Part shown: positions 20,707-31,427 of the stretch, piece after piece
How the letters are laid out: each line of letters opens with the position of its first letter
Position numbering within the stretch: position 1 is the stretch's first letter
Assembly (NCBI GenBank): GCA_963715345.1
Contig: CAVQRS010000003.1
Span: forward strand, 1,398 to 65,397
Length of the DNA stretch: 64,000 bases
Direction of reading: 5' to 3'
DNA from: an uncultured Gammaproteobacteria bacterium
GTDB taxonomy: Bacteria > Pseudomonadota > Gammaproteobacteria > Pseudomonadales > Halieaceae
The notes under the pieces: generated by a model
The model's input: only the letters and a program-made list of their open reading frames with translations
Told to the model about the DNA's origin: nothing
Databases searched by the model: none
Translations under genes and position numbers: made by a program

Positions 20707-21078
20707 ATGAAACGAATCCATATTGTTTTGCTGCTGCTCCTGGCCTTTACCAGCCAGGCTGTGACTGTCAGTGCGCTGCCCTGCCAGATGATGGCACCCG
20801 TCGGCGATGCCGTGCGCAGCGACGCCCTCGACGGTGGGGATATGGCCGCAACGGGACATGCTGGACACCACATGTCCGCGGATTCCGGTGCGGAACCTGC
20901 CGGCGGCTGTTGTGACGGTGGCCTTTGCTCCATGAGTCACTGCCAGTCAGCCCCGGGCCTGCCCCTCGATCACTCGGGCAACAGGCTGCCTGTATTTTCT
21001 TTCCACAGTGTTGCCTTCAACTCAGGTGCGCCACTGCACCCCGTCGACTCGCTCTACCGACCACCCATTTCCCGCTAG
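20707..21078 (+). CDS. Small secreted Cys/His/Met-rich protein (CzcI-like) preceding cusCBA
   Basis: Signal peptide MKRIHIVLLLLLAFTSQA, then LPCQMM, HAGHHMS and GGCCDGGLCSMSHCQS. Position and composition resemble CzcI-type proteins, recalled from memory and not verified. No Shine-Dalgarno sequence. TATACT (20693-20698) lies 8 nt before the ATG. Confidence 0.5.
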   Translation: MKRIHIVLLLLLAFTSQAVTVSALPCQMMAPVGDAVRSDALDGGDMAATGHAGHHMSADSGAEPAGGCCDGGLCSMSHCQSAPGLPLDHSGNRLPVFSFHSVAFNSGAPLHPVDSLYRPPISR

Positions 21079-21204
21079 CACAGGACAGGTGCGCCCGGAA
21101 CTTTTGTAGTTCCGGTCAGAAAGCGGGAGGTTAGCCAAAAAACCTCTCCCGACACGCGGCGATTTTCCCGCGTCGATATTCCCTGCTAGAGAGGACTGTT
21201 TGCC

Positions 21205-22557
21205 ATGAACCGATTCCCCACCCTGCTGCTGGTGCTATGCCTTTTGCGCAGCGCTTCCGCCGACGCTGCCATTACCCTGGCCGAGGCGATTGCGACAGCG
21301 CAGCGCAACGACCCGTGGATGCTGGGCAGTGAATACCGCCAGCAGTCCATGGAGGCCCAGGCGGTTGCTGCCGGCACCCTGCCAGACCCCATGCTGGATC
21401 TGGGCTTTGCCAACCTGCCCACCGACACCTTCGATTTCGACCAGGAGGCAATGACCCAGTTCAAGGTGGGAATTGTGCAGACCTTCCCCCGGGGTGACAG
21501 CAGGGCCCTGGACGAGCAACGCCTGAACCTGCTGGGTGAGCAGTTTCCCTTCCAGCGCGATGATCGCCAGGCCCGGCTAGGCGTGGAGGTTGCGAGTGTC
21601 TGGCTGGATGCCTGGCGCGCCCGGGAAAGCATTCGGCTGATCGAGGGGGATCGGGAGCTGTTCGAACAGCTGGTGGATGTGGCCGAGTCCAGCTATGCCA
21701 GCGCCGTCGGCCGCACCCGCCAGCAGGACCTGGTGCGAGCCCAGCTGGAGCTCACCCGCCTGGAGGACCGCCTCGCGGTACTGCATGAGCAGTTGGAAAC
21801 CTCCAGGGCAAAACTCGGCCAGTGGCTGCGCCCGGGGCCCGATGGGTCGCCGGCCGGGCCGGATGAATGGCTACCGGGCACCTACGTCGCACCGACACTT
21901 GCCGAGCAGTTGCCGGATATCCCCCTGCGGCATGCGCAGCAGTTGCAGGCCGGGACCGCCGGCGAGCCCGCCGGGATCGCCGCCTTGATTGGCGGACACC
22001 CGGCCCTGCGGAGTCTCGAGCGCCGGATAGACGCAAGCAGGGTCGATATCGAACTGGCGCGCCAGAAGTACTGGCCGGAGTGGAAGGTCGCCGCCAGCTA
22101 CGGCTACCGCGAGGATGGCCCCATGGGCCAGGAGCGGCCGGACTTTTTCTCCGTCGGGCTGGCGGTGGACCTGCCCCTGTTTACCTCCCGCCGGCAGGAC
22201 CGGCAGCTGCAGTCGGCTATCGCCGACACCGAGGCCATGCGGACCGAGAAGATGCTCGCGCTGCGCAAAATGGTTGCGAACTTTGAAACCCTCTACGCCC
22301 GCCTGCAGCGACTCGAGCAGCGTCGTGAGCTTTACCGGGAGCGCCTGCTGCCCGAAATACACGAACAGGCCGAGGCGTCCCTCTCCGCTTACACCCGTGA
22401 CGACGGCGATTTCGCCGAGGTGGTGCGGGCACGGATCGCCGAACTCAATGCCCGGATCGACGCGCTGGATATCGATATCGCGCGATTGCAGACCATTACC
22501 CAGCTGAACTACTTTTTTGCCGCCAGCTCCACCGCAGCGTCCGGAGAACCGTCATGA
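21205..22557 (+). CDS. cusC: TolC-family outer-membrane efflux protein (CusC-like)
   Basis: Signal peptide. Two OEP-type repeats with coiled-coil-rich sequence. The stop overlaps the cusB start. Confidence 0.85.
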   Translation: MNRFPTLLLVLCLLRSASADAAITLAEAIATAQRNDPWMLGSEYRQQSMEAQAVAAGTLPDPMLDLGFANLPTDTFDFDQEAMTQFKVGIVQTFPRGDSRALDEQRLNLLGEQFPFQRDDRQARLGVEVASVWLDAWRARESIRLIEGDRELFEQLVDVAESSYASAVGRTRQQDLVRAQLELTRLEDRLAVLHEQLETSRAKLGQWLRPGPDGSPAGPDEWLPGTYVAPTLAEQLPDIPLRHAQQLQAGTAGEPAGIAALIGGHPALRSLERRIDASRVDIELARQKYWPEWKVAASYGYREDGPMGQERPDFFSVGLAVDLPLFTSRRQDRQLQSAIADTEAMRTEKMLALRKMVANFETLYARLQRLEQRRELYRERLLPEIHEQAEASLSAYTRDDGDFAEVVRARIAELNARIDALDIDIARLQTITQLNYFFAASSTAASGEPS

Positions 22558-23885
22558 CAACAGTGAGTAGAACCGTACTTATCGCCCTGCTGGCCGCCGC
22601 CGCGGGTGCGGGAGGCAGTTACCTGCTGCTGGGCCCCGCAGAACAGGGCCCGGCTGAGTCGGCAACCGCAGGCAGCGACGCTCGGGACCCTGAACCGCTG
22701 TACTGGGTCGCGCCGATGGATCCCTCCTACCGGCGCGATGGGCCTGGCAAGTCACCCATGGGCATGGACCTTGTCCCGGTCTACGAAGACGCGGCTACTG
22801 CAGGTGACACCTCGGTGATTCGGATAGCGCCGGAGGTGGTGAACAACCTGGGAGTGCGCACGGCGCCGGTGGCCTATGCCGCGCTGCCCACCCGCATACG
22901 CACCGTGGGGTATGTGCAGTACGACGAGGACCGGCTGATCCATATTCACCCGCGGGTGGAAGGCTGGATAGAAAAGCTTCACGTGAAGGCCTCCGGCGAT
23001 CCGGTGGAGGCCGGGCAGCCCCTGTACGAGCTCTACTCGCCCCAGCTGGTCAATGCCCAGGAGGAGTACCTGCTGGCGCTCAAGCGCGATAACCCGCGCC
23101 TGGTGGAAGCTGCCCGTGACAGGTTGCTGGCCCTGCAACTGGCGCCGGATATTGTCGCCCGGCTGGGCCGCGACAGGACGGTGCAGCAGACGGTGACGTT
23201 TTTCGCGCCCCAGGGCGGGGTGGTGGACAACCTGAACATCCGCGAGGGTTTTTTTGTCATGCCCGGCACCACGCTGATGTCGATCGGCGTGCTGGAGGAT
23301 GTCTGGGTGGAGGCAGAGGTGTTTGAGCGACAGGCACCGCTGGTTACCGTTGGCCTGCCGGTCACCGTTTCCCTGGATTACCTGCCCGGCAGGCAGTGGC
23401 GGGGGCAGGTGGATTACGTCTACCCATCTTTGGACGAGAAAAACCGCACCTTGCGTGTACGCCTGCGCTTCGCCAATGAAGACAGAACCCTCAAACCCAA
23501 TATGTTCGCCCAGGTTGAGATCGAGGCCGACCCGGTGGAAGACGCCCTGGTGGTACCTCGCGAGGCGGTGATACGCACTGGCGGGGAGGACCGGGTAGTG
23601 CTCGCCCTGGGTCAGGGCCGCTTCCGTTCCACGGCGGTGAAGCTGGGCCGGGTAGGTGAGCGCGATGCCGAGATCCTCGAGGGACTGGTGGCGGGTGACA
23701 CGGTGGTGGTGTCGGCCCAGTTCCTGCTGGACTCCGAGTCCAGCAAGCGCGCGGACCTGATGCGCATGGACGAGGTCGGCAAGGCCGCAGCTGACACCGG
23801 GTCGCCGGTTCCGGGCGGGCCCGGGGCCGAGCAACAGGAGGAGCATTCCATGCCCGGGCATTCCATGGAGCACGATCATGATTGA
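22554..23885 (+). CDS. cusB: Efflux RND periplasmic adaptor (CusB-like)
   Basis: N-terminal Met-rich site PLYWVAPMDPSYRRDGPGKSPMGMDLVPV, an HlyD-type core, and a His/Met tail HSMPGHSMEHDHD. Confidence 0.88.
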   Translation: MTTVSRTVLIALLAAAAGAGGSYLLLGPAEQGPAESATAGSDARDPEPLYWVAPMDPSYRRDGPGKSPMGMDLVPVYEDAATAGDTSVIRIAPEVVNNLGVRTAPVAYAALPTRIRTVGYVQYDEDRLIHIHPRVEGWIEKLHVKASGDPVEAGQPLYELYSPQLVNAQEEYLLALKRDNPRLVEAARDRLLALQLAPDIVARLGRDRTVQQTVTFFAPQGGVVDNLNIREGFFVMPGTTLMSIGVLEDVWVEAEVFERQAPLVTVGLPVTVSLDYLPGRQWRGQVDYVYPSLDEKNRTLRVRLRFANEDRTLKPNMFAQVEIEADPVEDALVVPREAVIRTGGEDRVVLALGQGRFRSTAVKLGRVGERDAEILEGLVAGDTVVVSAQFLLDSESSKRADLMRMDEVGKAAADTGSPVPGGPGAEQQEEHSMPGHSMEHDHD

Positions 23886-26800
23886 AGCCATTATCCGCTG
23901 GTCCGTGGGCAACCGCTTCTTTGTCCTGCTGGCGACTGCCATCCTGGTCGGGGTGGGTGTATTCGCAGTGCGAAACACCCCGGTGGACGCCATTCCCGAC
24001 CTTTCGGACGTACAGGTCATCATCAAGACCCGCTTCCCGGGGCAGGCGCCCCAGGTGGTAGAGGACCAGGTCACCTACCCCCTCACCACCGCCATGTTAT
24101 CGGTGCCCGGAGCGGCCACCGTGCGCGGCTTTTCCTTCTTCGGGGACTCCTATGTTTACGTGATCTTTGACGAGGGTACCGACCTGTACTGGGCGCGCAG
24201 CCGGGTGCTGGAGTACCTGAGCCAGGTGGCCCCGTCACTGCCGGAGGCCGCCCGGCCGCAACTGGGCCCGGATGCCACCGGGGTGGGCTGGGTGTACATC
24301 TACGCCCTGCAGGATCGCTCGGGCCGGCACGATATCAGCCAGTTGCGCAGCCTGCAGGACTGGTTCCTGAAATATGAACTGCAAAGTGTGCCCGGAGTCT
24401 CGGAAGTGGCGACGGTGGGCGGGATGGTCAGGCAATACCAGGTGACCGTGAACCCTGACAAGTTGCGGGCCTTCGACATCCCGCTGAGCCACATCCAGAA
24501 TGCCATCACCCGGGGCAACCAGGAAATTGGCGCCTCCGTGGTGGAGATGGCCGAAGCGGAATACATGGTGCGAGTCACTGGCTACCTGCAGAGCGTGGCA
24601 GACCTCGAGGCCATTCCCCTCGGTGTCAATCGCAGCGGCACGCCGCTGCTGCTCAAGGACGTTGCCGAGATTGTACTTGGGCCGCAGATGCGTCGAGGCA
24701 TTGCCGAGCTTAACGGGGAGGGCGAGACGGTGGGCGGCATCGTGGTTATGCGCTTCGGCGAGAACGCCCAGCACACCATCGACCTGGTCAAGGCCAGGCT
24801 CGACGAGCTGCGCCCGGGACTGCCTGAGGGAGTGGAGATCGTCACCGTGTACGACCGCTCCAGTCTCATCGAGAGCGCGGTCAACAACCTGTGGCAGAAG
24901 CTGGGTGAGGAACTGGTGCTGGTGGCGCTGGTGTGTGTGGCCTTCCTGTTTCATGTGCGCTCCTCCCTGGTGGCGGTGATCAGCCTGCCGGTGGGCATCC
25001 TCGCGGCATTCACCGTGATGTACCTCCAGGGGCTCAACGCCAATATCATGTCGCTGGGCGGAATTGCGATTGCCATCGGTACCATGATCGATGGCGCCAT
25101 CGTGCTGATCGAGAACATGCACAAACACATGGAGCGCACCCCGGTCACCGGCGCCAATCGCTGGCAGGTGGTGGCAGCCTCGGCGGCGGAGGTGGGCCCG
25201 GCCCTGTTTTTCAGCCTACTGATCATCACCGCGAGCTTTATTCCGGTGTTTACCCTGGAGGCCCAGGAGGGCCGCATGTTCTCGCCGCTGGCCTATACCA
25301 AGACCTATGCAATGGCCGCGGCGGCGGTGCTTTCCATCACCCTCGTGCCGGTATTGATGGGGTATTTCATTCGCGGCAAGGTGCTGCCCGAACAGCGCAA
25401 CCCCCTCAACCGGCTCCTGGTTGGCGCCTATATGCCCCTGCTGCAGAAAGTGCTGGGCTACCCCAAAACCACCCTGCTGGTGGCGGTGTTGCTGCTGCTG
25501 AGCGCACTCTGGCCGCTGCAGCGCATCGGCAGCGAGTTCATCCCCCCGCTGGACGAGGGCGACCTGATGTATATGCCCACCACCTATCCCGGCATCTCGA
25601 TCGGCAAGGCCAGGGAATTGCTGCAACAGACGGACAAGCTGATCCGCACCGTGCCCGAGGTGGAGTCGGTGTTCGGCAAGATAGGCCGTGCGGATACCGC
25701 GACCGACCCGGCGCCGCTCACCATGATAGAGACCTTTATCCAGCTTAAGCCCCGCTCCGAGTGGCGGGAGGGTGTCACCACCGCCAGCCTGACCCATGAG
25801 CTGGACGCGCTGGTCAAGTTGCCCGGCGTGACCAACGCCTGGGTGATGCCGATCAAGACCCGTATCGATATGCTGGCCACCGGGATCAAGACGCCGGTAG
25901 GGATCAAGGTGGCGGGGCCTTCGCTGGAGACCATTCAGCATATTGGCCAGCAACTGGAAACTATCCTGGCGGACGTGCCTGGAACCGCATCGGTTTACTC
26001 CGAGCGGGTGGCGGGCGGGCGCTATATCAAGGTGGATATCGACCGGGAGCGGGCGGCGCGTTTCGGCCTCAACATCGCCGACGTTCAACAGGTGGTGGCC
26101 ACTGCGATTGGGGGTATGGTCATCACCCAGACCGTGGAGGGGAGGGAGCGCTACCCGGTCAATATCCGTTACCCCCAGTCCTTCCGCAATTCGCCGGAAC
26201 AACTGGCGCTGTTGCCGGTGGTCACGCCGGGGGGCGCTCGCATCGCCCTGGGGGACGTGGCATCCATTTACCTGGAGGACGGCCCTCCAGGCATCAAGAG
26301 CGAAAACGCCCGCCTCAACGGCTGGACCTACGTGGACATCGAGGGTGTGGATGTCGGCAGTTATGTGGACCAGGCGCGTGTCGTGGTGCAGCGGGAACTG
26401 GAACTGCCCCCCGGTTACTCGCTGGTGTGGTCCGGGCAGTACGAATACATGGAGCGGGCCAAAGCGCGCCTGGGCTATGTTGTGCCGCTCACCCTGGCCA
26501 TCATCGTCGTACTGCTTTACCTGAACTTCCGCAATTTCTCCCAGGTGCTGATCCTGATGGGAGCCTTGCCCCTGGCGCTGGTGGGCAGCGTCTGGCTGAT
26601 GTATCTGCTGGATTACAGTTTTTCCATCGCCGTGGGGGTGGGCATGATCGCCCTGGCAGGGGTCGCGGTGGAAACCGGCGTGATAATGCTGGTCTACCTG
26701 GACCAGGGCTGGCAGCGCCTGCTGCAGGACGGCGGAGAACTGAGCGATGAGAAACTCGAGCAGGCGGTGTGGCAGGGGGCGGGCCTGCGGGTGCGCCCGG

Positions 26801-27009
26801 TACTGATGACGGCGACGGCCACCATCGTCGGTCTGCTGCCGATTCTCTGGGGCAGTGGCACCGGGTCGGAAGTGATGAGCCGGCTGGCGGCTCCCATGGT
26901 GGGGGGAATGCTCAGTGCGGTGCTGTTGACCCTGCTGGTGCTGCCAGTCATTTACCTGTTGTGGCGCCGGCGGCAGCTGCGCGTATCGGCTCGGGAAACA
27001 CTGTCATGA
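23878..27009 (+). CDS. cusA: Cu(I)/Ag(I) heavy-metal efflux RND pump
   Basis: 1043 aa. Long blocks match E. coli CusA as I recall it (PPLDEGDLMYMPTTYPGIS, GSEVMSRLAAPMVGGM). Confidence 0.95.
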   Translation: MIEAIIRWSVGNRFFVLLATAILVGVGVFAVRNTPVDAIPDLSDVQVIIKTRFPGQAPQVVEDQVTYPLTTAMLSVPGAATVRGFSFFGDSYVYVIFDEGTDLYWARSRVLEYLSQVAPSLPEAARPQLGPDATGVGWVYIYALQDRSGRHDISQLRSLQDWFLKYELQSVPGVSEVATVGGMVRQYQVTVNPDKLRAFDIPLSHIQNAITRGNQEIGASVVEMAEAEYMVRVTGYLQSVADLEAIPLGVNRSGTPLLLKDVAEIVLGPQMRRGIAELNGEGETVGGIVVMRFGENAQHTIDLVKARLDELRPGLPEGVEIVTVYDRSSLIESAVNNLWQKLGEELVLVALVCVAFLFHVRSSLVAVISLPVGILAAFTVMYLQGLNANIMSLGGIAIAIGTMIDGAIVLIENMHKHMERTPVTGANRWQVVAASAAEVGPALFFSLLIITASFIPVFTLEAQEGRMFSPLAYTKTYAMAAAAVLSITLVPVLMGYFIRGKVLPEQRNPLNRLLVGAYMPLLQKVLGYPKTTLLVAVLLLLSALWPLQRIGSEFIPPLDEGDLMYMPTTYPGISIGKARELLQQTDKLIRTVPEVESVFGKIGRADTATDPAPLTMIETFIQLKPRSEWREGVTTASLTHELDALVKLPGVTNAWVMPIKTRIDMLATGIKTPVGIKVAGPSLETIQHIGQQLETILADVPGTASVYSERVAGGRYIKVDIDRERAARFGLNIADVQQVVATAIGGMVITQTVEGRERYPVNIRYPQSFRNSPEQLALLPVVTPGGARIALGDVASIYLEDGPPGIKSENARLNGWTYVDIEGVDVGSYVDQARVVVQRELELPPGYSLVWSGQYEYMERAKARLGYVVPLTLAIIVVLLYLNFRNFSQVLILMGALPLALVGSVWLMYLLDYSFSIAVGVGMIALAGVAVETGVIMLVYLDQGWQRLLQDGGELSDEKLEQAVWQGAGLRVRPVLMTATATIVGLLPILWGSGTGSEVMSRLAAPMVGGMLSAVLLTLLVLPVIYLLWRRRQLRVSARETLS

Positions 27010-27132
27010 TGACAGTGGCACTTGCAGGCACTATCTCGCGGTGTATTTCGTTATCGTGGGAATCTCCCTGGTTATCGATTTTTCCGGCGTTATTCGCTAC
27101 CTGCTGGGGCAAGCCCCCTAGCGTCGATCCCA

Positions 27133-27187
27133 GGTCAAAAAGGGTCAAAAAGGGATCTGACCCTATAATGTAATAGGGATCTGGCCC
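27133..27187. repeat. Short composite repeat built on GGGTCA/TGACCC
   Basis: GGTCAAAAAGG occurs twice in tandem (27133-27154). AGGGATCTGACCC (27151-27163) and AGGGATCTGGCCC (27175-27187) flank TATAATGTAAT. GGGTCA (27142-27147) can pair with TGACCC (27158-27163). Confidence 0.4.
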
Positions 27188-27342
27188 CTTTAGGTCGGTT
27201 GCCTATAGTTGCGATGCGCTGGGGGCCTGGCGGCCGATTTGGGAATATGTCGCCTCGACATAGCGGCGCGAATTCCCTAGAATGCGCCGCCTCTTTGCGC
27301 GTCCTGTACCGGGACCTCGCAGTCAACCGCCAGGAATACCCC

Positions 27343-28953
27343 GTGATCTCTACCGCCAATATCACCATGCAGTTTGGTGCCAAACCGCTTTTTGAAAACA
27401 TCTCGGTCAAGTTCGGCGACGGCAATCGCTACGGCCTGATCGGCGCCAACGGCTGTGGCAAGTCGACCTTTATGAAAATCCTTGACGGCAGCCTGGCGCC
27501 CAGCTCCGGCAATGTCTCGATCACGCCGAACGAGCGGGTCGGCCGCCTGCACCAGGACCAGTTCGCTTTCGAGCGCTTTTCGGTGGTGGACACCGTCATC
27601 ATGGGCCACCGGGAACTGTGGGAGGTCAAGCAGGAGCGGGACCGTATTTATGCCCTGCCGGAAATGTCGGAAGACGACGGCATGAAAGTGGCCGAACTGG
27701 AGACCCTGTTCGCCGAGATGGACGGCTATACCGCGGAGAGCCGCGCCGGGGAGATCCTGCTGGGCGCAGGCATAGACCAGGAGTTGCACTACGGCCCCAT
27801 GAGCGAGGTGGCGCCGGGCTGGAAGCTGCGCGTGCTGCTGGCCCAGGCGCTGTTCTCCGATCCCGACATACTGCTGCTGGACGAACCCACCAACAACCTC
27901 GATATCGACACCATCCGCTGGCTTGAGACTGTGCTGAACGGGCGCAAGTCCACCATGATCATCATCTCTCACGACCGTCATTTCCTGAACGCGGTGTGCA
28001 CCCACATGGCGGATATCGATTACGGCGAGCTGCGAGTCTACCCGGGCAACTACGACGATTTCATGACCGCCTCCACCCAGGCCAGGGAGCGGCAGCAATC
28101 CGAAAACGCCAAGAAAAGTGCCCAGATTGCCGAACTGCAGCAGTTTGTCAGCCGCTTTTCCGCCAATGCCTCCAAGGCAAAGCAGGCGACCTCCCGCGCC
28201 AAGCAGATCACCAAGATCAAGCTGGAAGACATCAAGCCTTCCAGCCGGGTCAGCCCCTATATCCGCTTCAAGCAGGAGAAGAAACTGCACCGCCAGGCCC
28301 TGACCCTGGAGAAGCTGGGCCGCGGCTTTGACGGCGAGCCCCTGTTCGAAAAGGCCAGTATCATGCTGGAGGCGGGCACCCGCCTGGCGATCATCGGTGA
28401 GAACGGGGTGGGCAAGACCACCCTGTTGCGCTGCCTGATGGGTGAGCTTGCCGCCGATGAGGGCAAGGTCAAGTGGGCGGAAAACGCCACCCTGGGTTAC
28501 TGCCCCCAGGACAGCACCGCCGACTTCGACTGCGACCTCAATTTGTTCGACTGGATGAGCCAGTGGCGCCGGGCCAGCCACGACGACCAGATCGTGCGGG
28601 CCACCCTCGGGCGCCTGCTGTTTTCCTCCGACGACTTCAAGAAGCAGGCCAGGGTCTGTTCCGGCGGCGAGAAGAACCGCCTGCTGTTCGGCAAGCTCAT
28701 GATGACCGACGCCAATGTGCTGTTGCTGGACGAGCCCACCAACCACCTGGACATGGAAGCGATCGAGGCACTCAACCTGGCGCTGGAGCATTACGAGGGC
28801 ACCCTGATCTTTGTCAGCCATGACCGTGAGTTTGTGTCGTCCCTGGCCACCCGGGTGATCGAGATCAAGGACAAGCGGCTGGTGGACTTCCAGGGCACCT
28901 ACGAGGAATACCTCGCCGGCCAGCTGGCTGCCGACAAGGTGGCCAACGCCTGA
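27343..28953 (+). CDS. ybiT: ABC-F family ATPase YbiT
   Basis: Collinear with E. coli YbiT as I recall it ([67 protein letters not shown], two ABC cassettes). GTG start at 27343 with AGGAA upstream. The listed ORF begins at 27199. Confidence 0.92.
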   Translation: MISTANITMQFGAKPLFENISVKFGDGNRYGLIGANGCGKSTFMKILDGSLAPSSGNVSITPNERVGRLHQDQFAFERFSVVDTVIMGHRELWEVKQERDRIYALPEMSEDDGMKVAELETLFAEMDGYTAESRAGEILLGAGIDQELHYGPMSEVAPGWKLRVLLAQALFSDPDILLLDEPTNNLDIDTIRWLETVLNGRKSTMIIISHDRHFLNAVCTHMADIDYGELRVYPGNYDDFMTASTQARERQQSENAKKSAQIAELQQFVSRFSANASKAKQATSRAKQITKIKLEDIKPSSRVSPYIRFKQEKKLHRQALTLEKLGRGFDGEPLFEKASIMLEAGTRLAIIGENGVGKTTLLRCLMGELAADEGKVKWAENATLGYCPQDSTADFDCDLNLFDWMSQWRRASHDDQIVRATLGRLLFSSDDFKKQARVCSGGEKNRLLFGKLMMTDANVLLLDEPTNHLDMEAIEALNLALEHYEGTLIFVSHDREFVSSLATRVIEIKDKRLVDFQGTYEEYLAGQLAADKVANA

Positions 28954-28991
28954 TAGACTCCCTTTCCAGCGATCTGAGCTTGGAGACTGTT

Positions 28992-30509
28992 ATGACGGAT
29001 TGGGACAAGCTGTCGGACACCACCCCGATACTGGTCGGGGCCGGCCAGGTGGTGCAGCGTGAATCCACCAACGATTCCCCCATGGCGCTGGCTGCCGAGG
29101 CCGCGCGACGTGCCCTGGAGCATGCCGGCGGCAGCGGTCTTGTCGAGGCAATCGACACCATTTCGGTGACCCGGCTGTTCGCCGATTCCATGGGCATGAA
29201 GCCCTGTCCTTTCGGGCGCAGCGACAACCCTCCTGCATCCGTTGCGCGCGCTATCGGCGCCACGCCCGCCCACTTCATCTACGGCCAGGTGGGTGGCAAC
29301 GAACCCCAGGCCCGCCTGATTGAATTTGCCCGGGATATCGCCCGGGGGGAGCGCTCGGTGGTGCTGCTGGCCGGGGCCGAGGCCATACGCAACCAGCGCG
29401 ATGCCGAGCGCGCAGGCCGGGCGCTGGACTGGAACGAGACTTTTGACCCAGAGATGTTTCCGCTGGAGGATCGCGGCTGGGGCGACATGTTTGTCACCAT
29501 GCAGGAGGTCAGCAACGGCCTCCTGGCGCCCATGGCCTACTATGCGCTGATAGAGCAGGCGCGGGCCTTTGCCGGCCGTCGCTCGCCTGCGGAGCATCGG
29601 TTGGTCATGGCCGGACTGTTGGCTTCCCTGAGCGCCGTGGCGGCCGCAAATCCCTATGCCCAGTTTCCGCTGGCGCTGACCGCCGATGAGATTCTGGCCG
29701 CAACGCCGCTCAACCACCTCTACAGCAAGCGCATGGTCGCCCAGGATGGGGTCAACCAGGGGGCGGCATTGTTGTTATGCAGTGTCGGCGCCGCCCGACG
29801 GCTGGGTATCCCCCGGGAGCACTGGGTGTTCCCGCAGGGTATGGCCGAGGGCGCCGACTACAACCTCAGCGAACGGGATGACCCGGCCTGTTCATTGATG
29901 GGCCAGGCTGTGCTGGATCGCGCCTTCTCGATGTCCGGCAAGCGGGTGGAGGATGTCGACCTGGTCGATATCTACAGCTGTTTCGCCTGCGCGGTCGCTT
30001 CTATGGCGGAGTACCTGGACCTGCCGGTCGACGGCTCCCGGGCGCTGACCTTGACCGGTGGACTGCCTTACTTTGGCGGTGCGGGTAACAACTACAGTAT
30101 GCATTCGCTGGCGGAGGCCGTGTCTCAGCTGCGCGATTCCGCAGGCGCCTGTGCGCTGGTGACCAGTGTGGGTGGCATTCTTTCGAAGCACGCGGCGGGA
30201 ATTTATGCGCGCGAACCTGCCGCGGTGGACTGGGCCGCGGCCGATACCTCCCTGTCCAGGGATTCAATGCCTTCCAGGCCCATTATCGAGAACCCTGCGG
30301 CCGGCAGTATCGTCAGTTACGTGGTGAACTACCGCGGGGGCGAGCCGGCGCAGGTGGTAGTGCTTGCCGAGACCGGGGATGGGGCACGATTTGTCGCTAA
30401 CTCGAGCGACCCTGTGACTGTCGACGCAATGGTGGGCGCGGTACCTGCAGGTCAGGCAATCCTTGTCACACCCGGGGAAAACGGGGCCCTGAATTTCAGC
30501 GTTGCGTAG
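28992..30509 (+). CDS. Thiolase-like (acetyl-CoA acetyltransferase family) protein with a C-terminal extension of about 110 aa
   Basis: Thiolase-fold blocks (ILVGAGQV, IYSCFACAV, GGLPYFGGAGNNYSMH). ATG at 28992 is preceded by GGAG. The listed ORF starts at a TTG at 28980. Confidence 0.75.
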   Translation: MTDWDKLSDTTPILVGAGQVVQRESTNDSPMALAAEAARRALEHAGGSGLVEAIDTISVTRLFADSMGMKPCPFGRSDNPPASVARAIGATPAHFIYGQVGGNEPQARLIEFARDIARGERSVVLLAGAEAIRNQRDAERAGRALDWNETFDPEMFPLEDRGWGDMFVTMQEVSNGLLAPMAYYALIEQARAFAGRRSPAEHRLVMAGLLASLSAVAAANPYAQFPLALTADEILAATPLNHLYSKRMVAQDGVNQGAALLLCSVGAARRLGIPREHWVFPQGMAEGADYNLSERDDPACSLMGQAVLDRAFSMSGKRVEDVDLVDIYSCFACAVASMAEYLDLPVDGSRALTLTGGLPYFGGAGNNYSMHSLAEAVSQLRDSAGACALVTSVGGILSKHAAGIYAREPAAVDWAAADTSLSRDSMPSRPIIENPAAGSIVSYVVNYRGGEPAQVVVLAETGDGARFVANSSDPVTVDAMVGAVPAGQAILVTPGENGALNFSVA

Positions 30510-30843
30510 GGTGCAGCAATTCAATTCCGAACCAACCCGGGACAAGGTGGCTTTTCCCTCGGATATCAGTTTCAACACTATATGCTGTAATCGCTGCAGC
30601 AACGGGTCCTGAATTTTGATGACACTTGAACCGGCTTCGCACTGTTACCTGCGCATCGAATGAAAATCACCCCCAAGTATGCCCTGAATGACCCCCGGGT
30701 TTGCTAAATCTCCCGGCGGTGCTACTTTTACAGACGCGGACGCCCGTTCATCAGTTAACGGTGCATGGCGCTTTGTTTGCTGTAACACGGAGCAACAAAG
30801 CCGCGGGCTAGTCCACCATTCAAAACTCTAAAGGATCAATCTC

Positions 30844-31416
30844 ATGCAAAGAATTATTGGCGTTAGCTTGCTGGTTTTGTTCACATTTCTGTCAACGCAA
30901 TTGGCCCGGGCGGACGACTACAGCGATACCATCAAGGTGTTCAGGGATGCCGGTGAAAGCGGTGCGTTTTTCGACAGCGCCTACGGCTACGCGGTCTTTC
31001 CCACTATCGGCAAGGGCGGTATCGGCATTGGCGGTGCGCACGGCAGCGGCCAGGTCTATAAGCAGGGCAAGTTGATCGGTGAAGCGAAAATGAACCAGTT
31101 GACCATCGGCTTCCAGCTGGGTGGGCAGGTGTACAGCCAGATTATCTTCTTCGAAGACGAGAGCGCCCTCAACGATTTTACCTCCGGCAACTTCGAGTTC
31201 AGCGCCCAGGCGACGGCAGTGGCTATCACGGCAGGTGTTTCCGCCGAGGCGAATACCGGTGGTGGCATTGCGGCTGGCGCCAGTGGCGGCCAGAACGACG
31301 CCTCCACAGCGTCTCGCGGCTATCGCAAGGGCATGGCCATCTTCACCGTGGCCAAGGGTGGCCTGATGTACGAGGCAACCCTGGGCGGTCAGAAATACTC
31401 TTACGAGCCGCTGTAA
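30844..31416 (+). CDS. SYLF (Ysc84/DUF500) lipid-binding domain protein, secreted
   Basis: Signal peptide. YAVFPTIGKGGIGIGGAHGSGQVY and GFQLGGQ blocks are typical of SYLF domains. Confidence 0.75.
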   Translation: MQRIIGVSLLVLFTFLSTQLARADDYSDTIKVFRDAGESGAFFDSAYGYAVFPTIGKGGIGIGGAHGSGQVYKQGKLIGEAKMNQLTIGFQLGGQVYSQIIFFEDESALNDFTSGNFEFSAQATAVAITAGVSAEANTGGGIAAGASGGQNDASTASRGYRKGMAIFTVAKGGLMYEATLGGQKYSYEPL

Positions 31417-31427
31417 CCGGAACAGCT

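Noticed and set aside
27133-27187. Possible CRISPR-like or tandem array, because of the repeated GGTCAAAAAGG and AGGGATCTGRCCC boxes.
   Set aside because: There are only two copies of each, the units are 11-13 nt, no regular spacers are present and no cas genes are nearby. I recorded it only as a small composite repeat.
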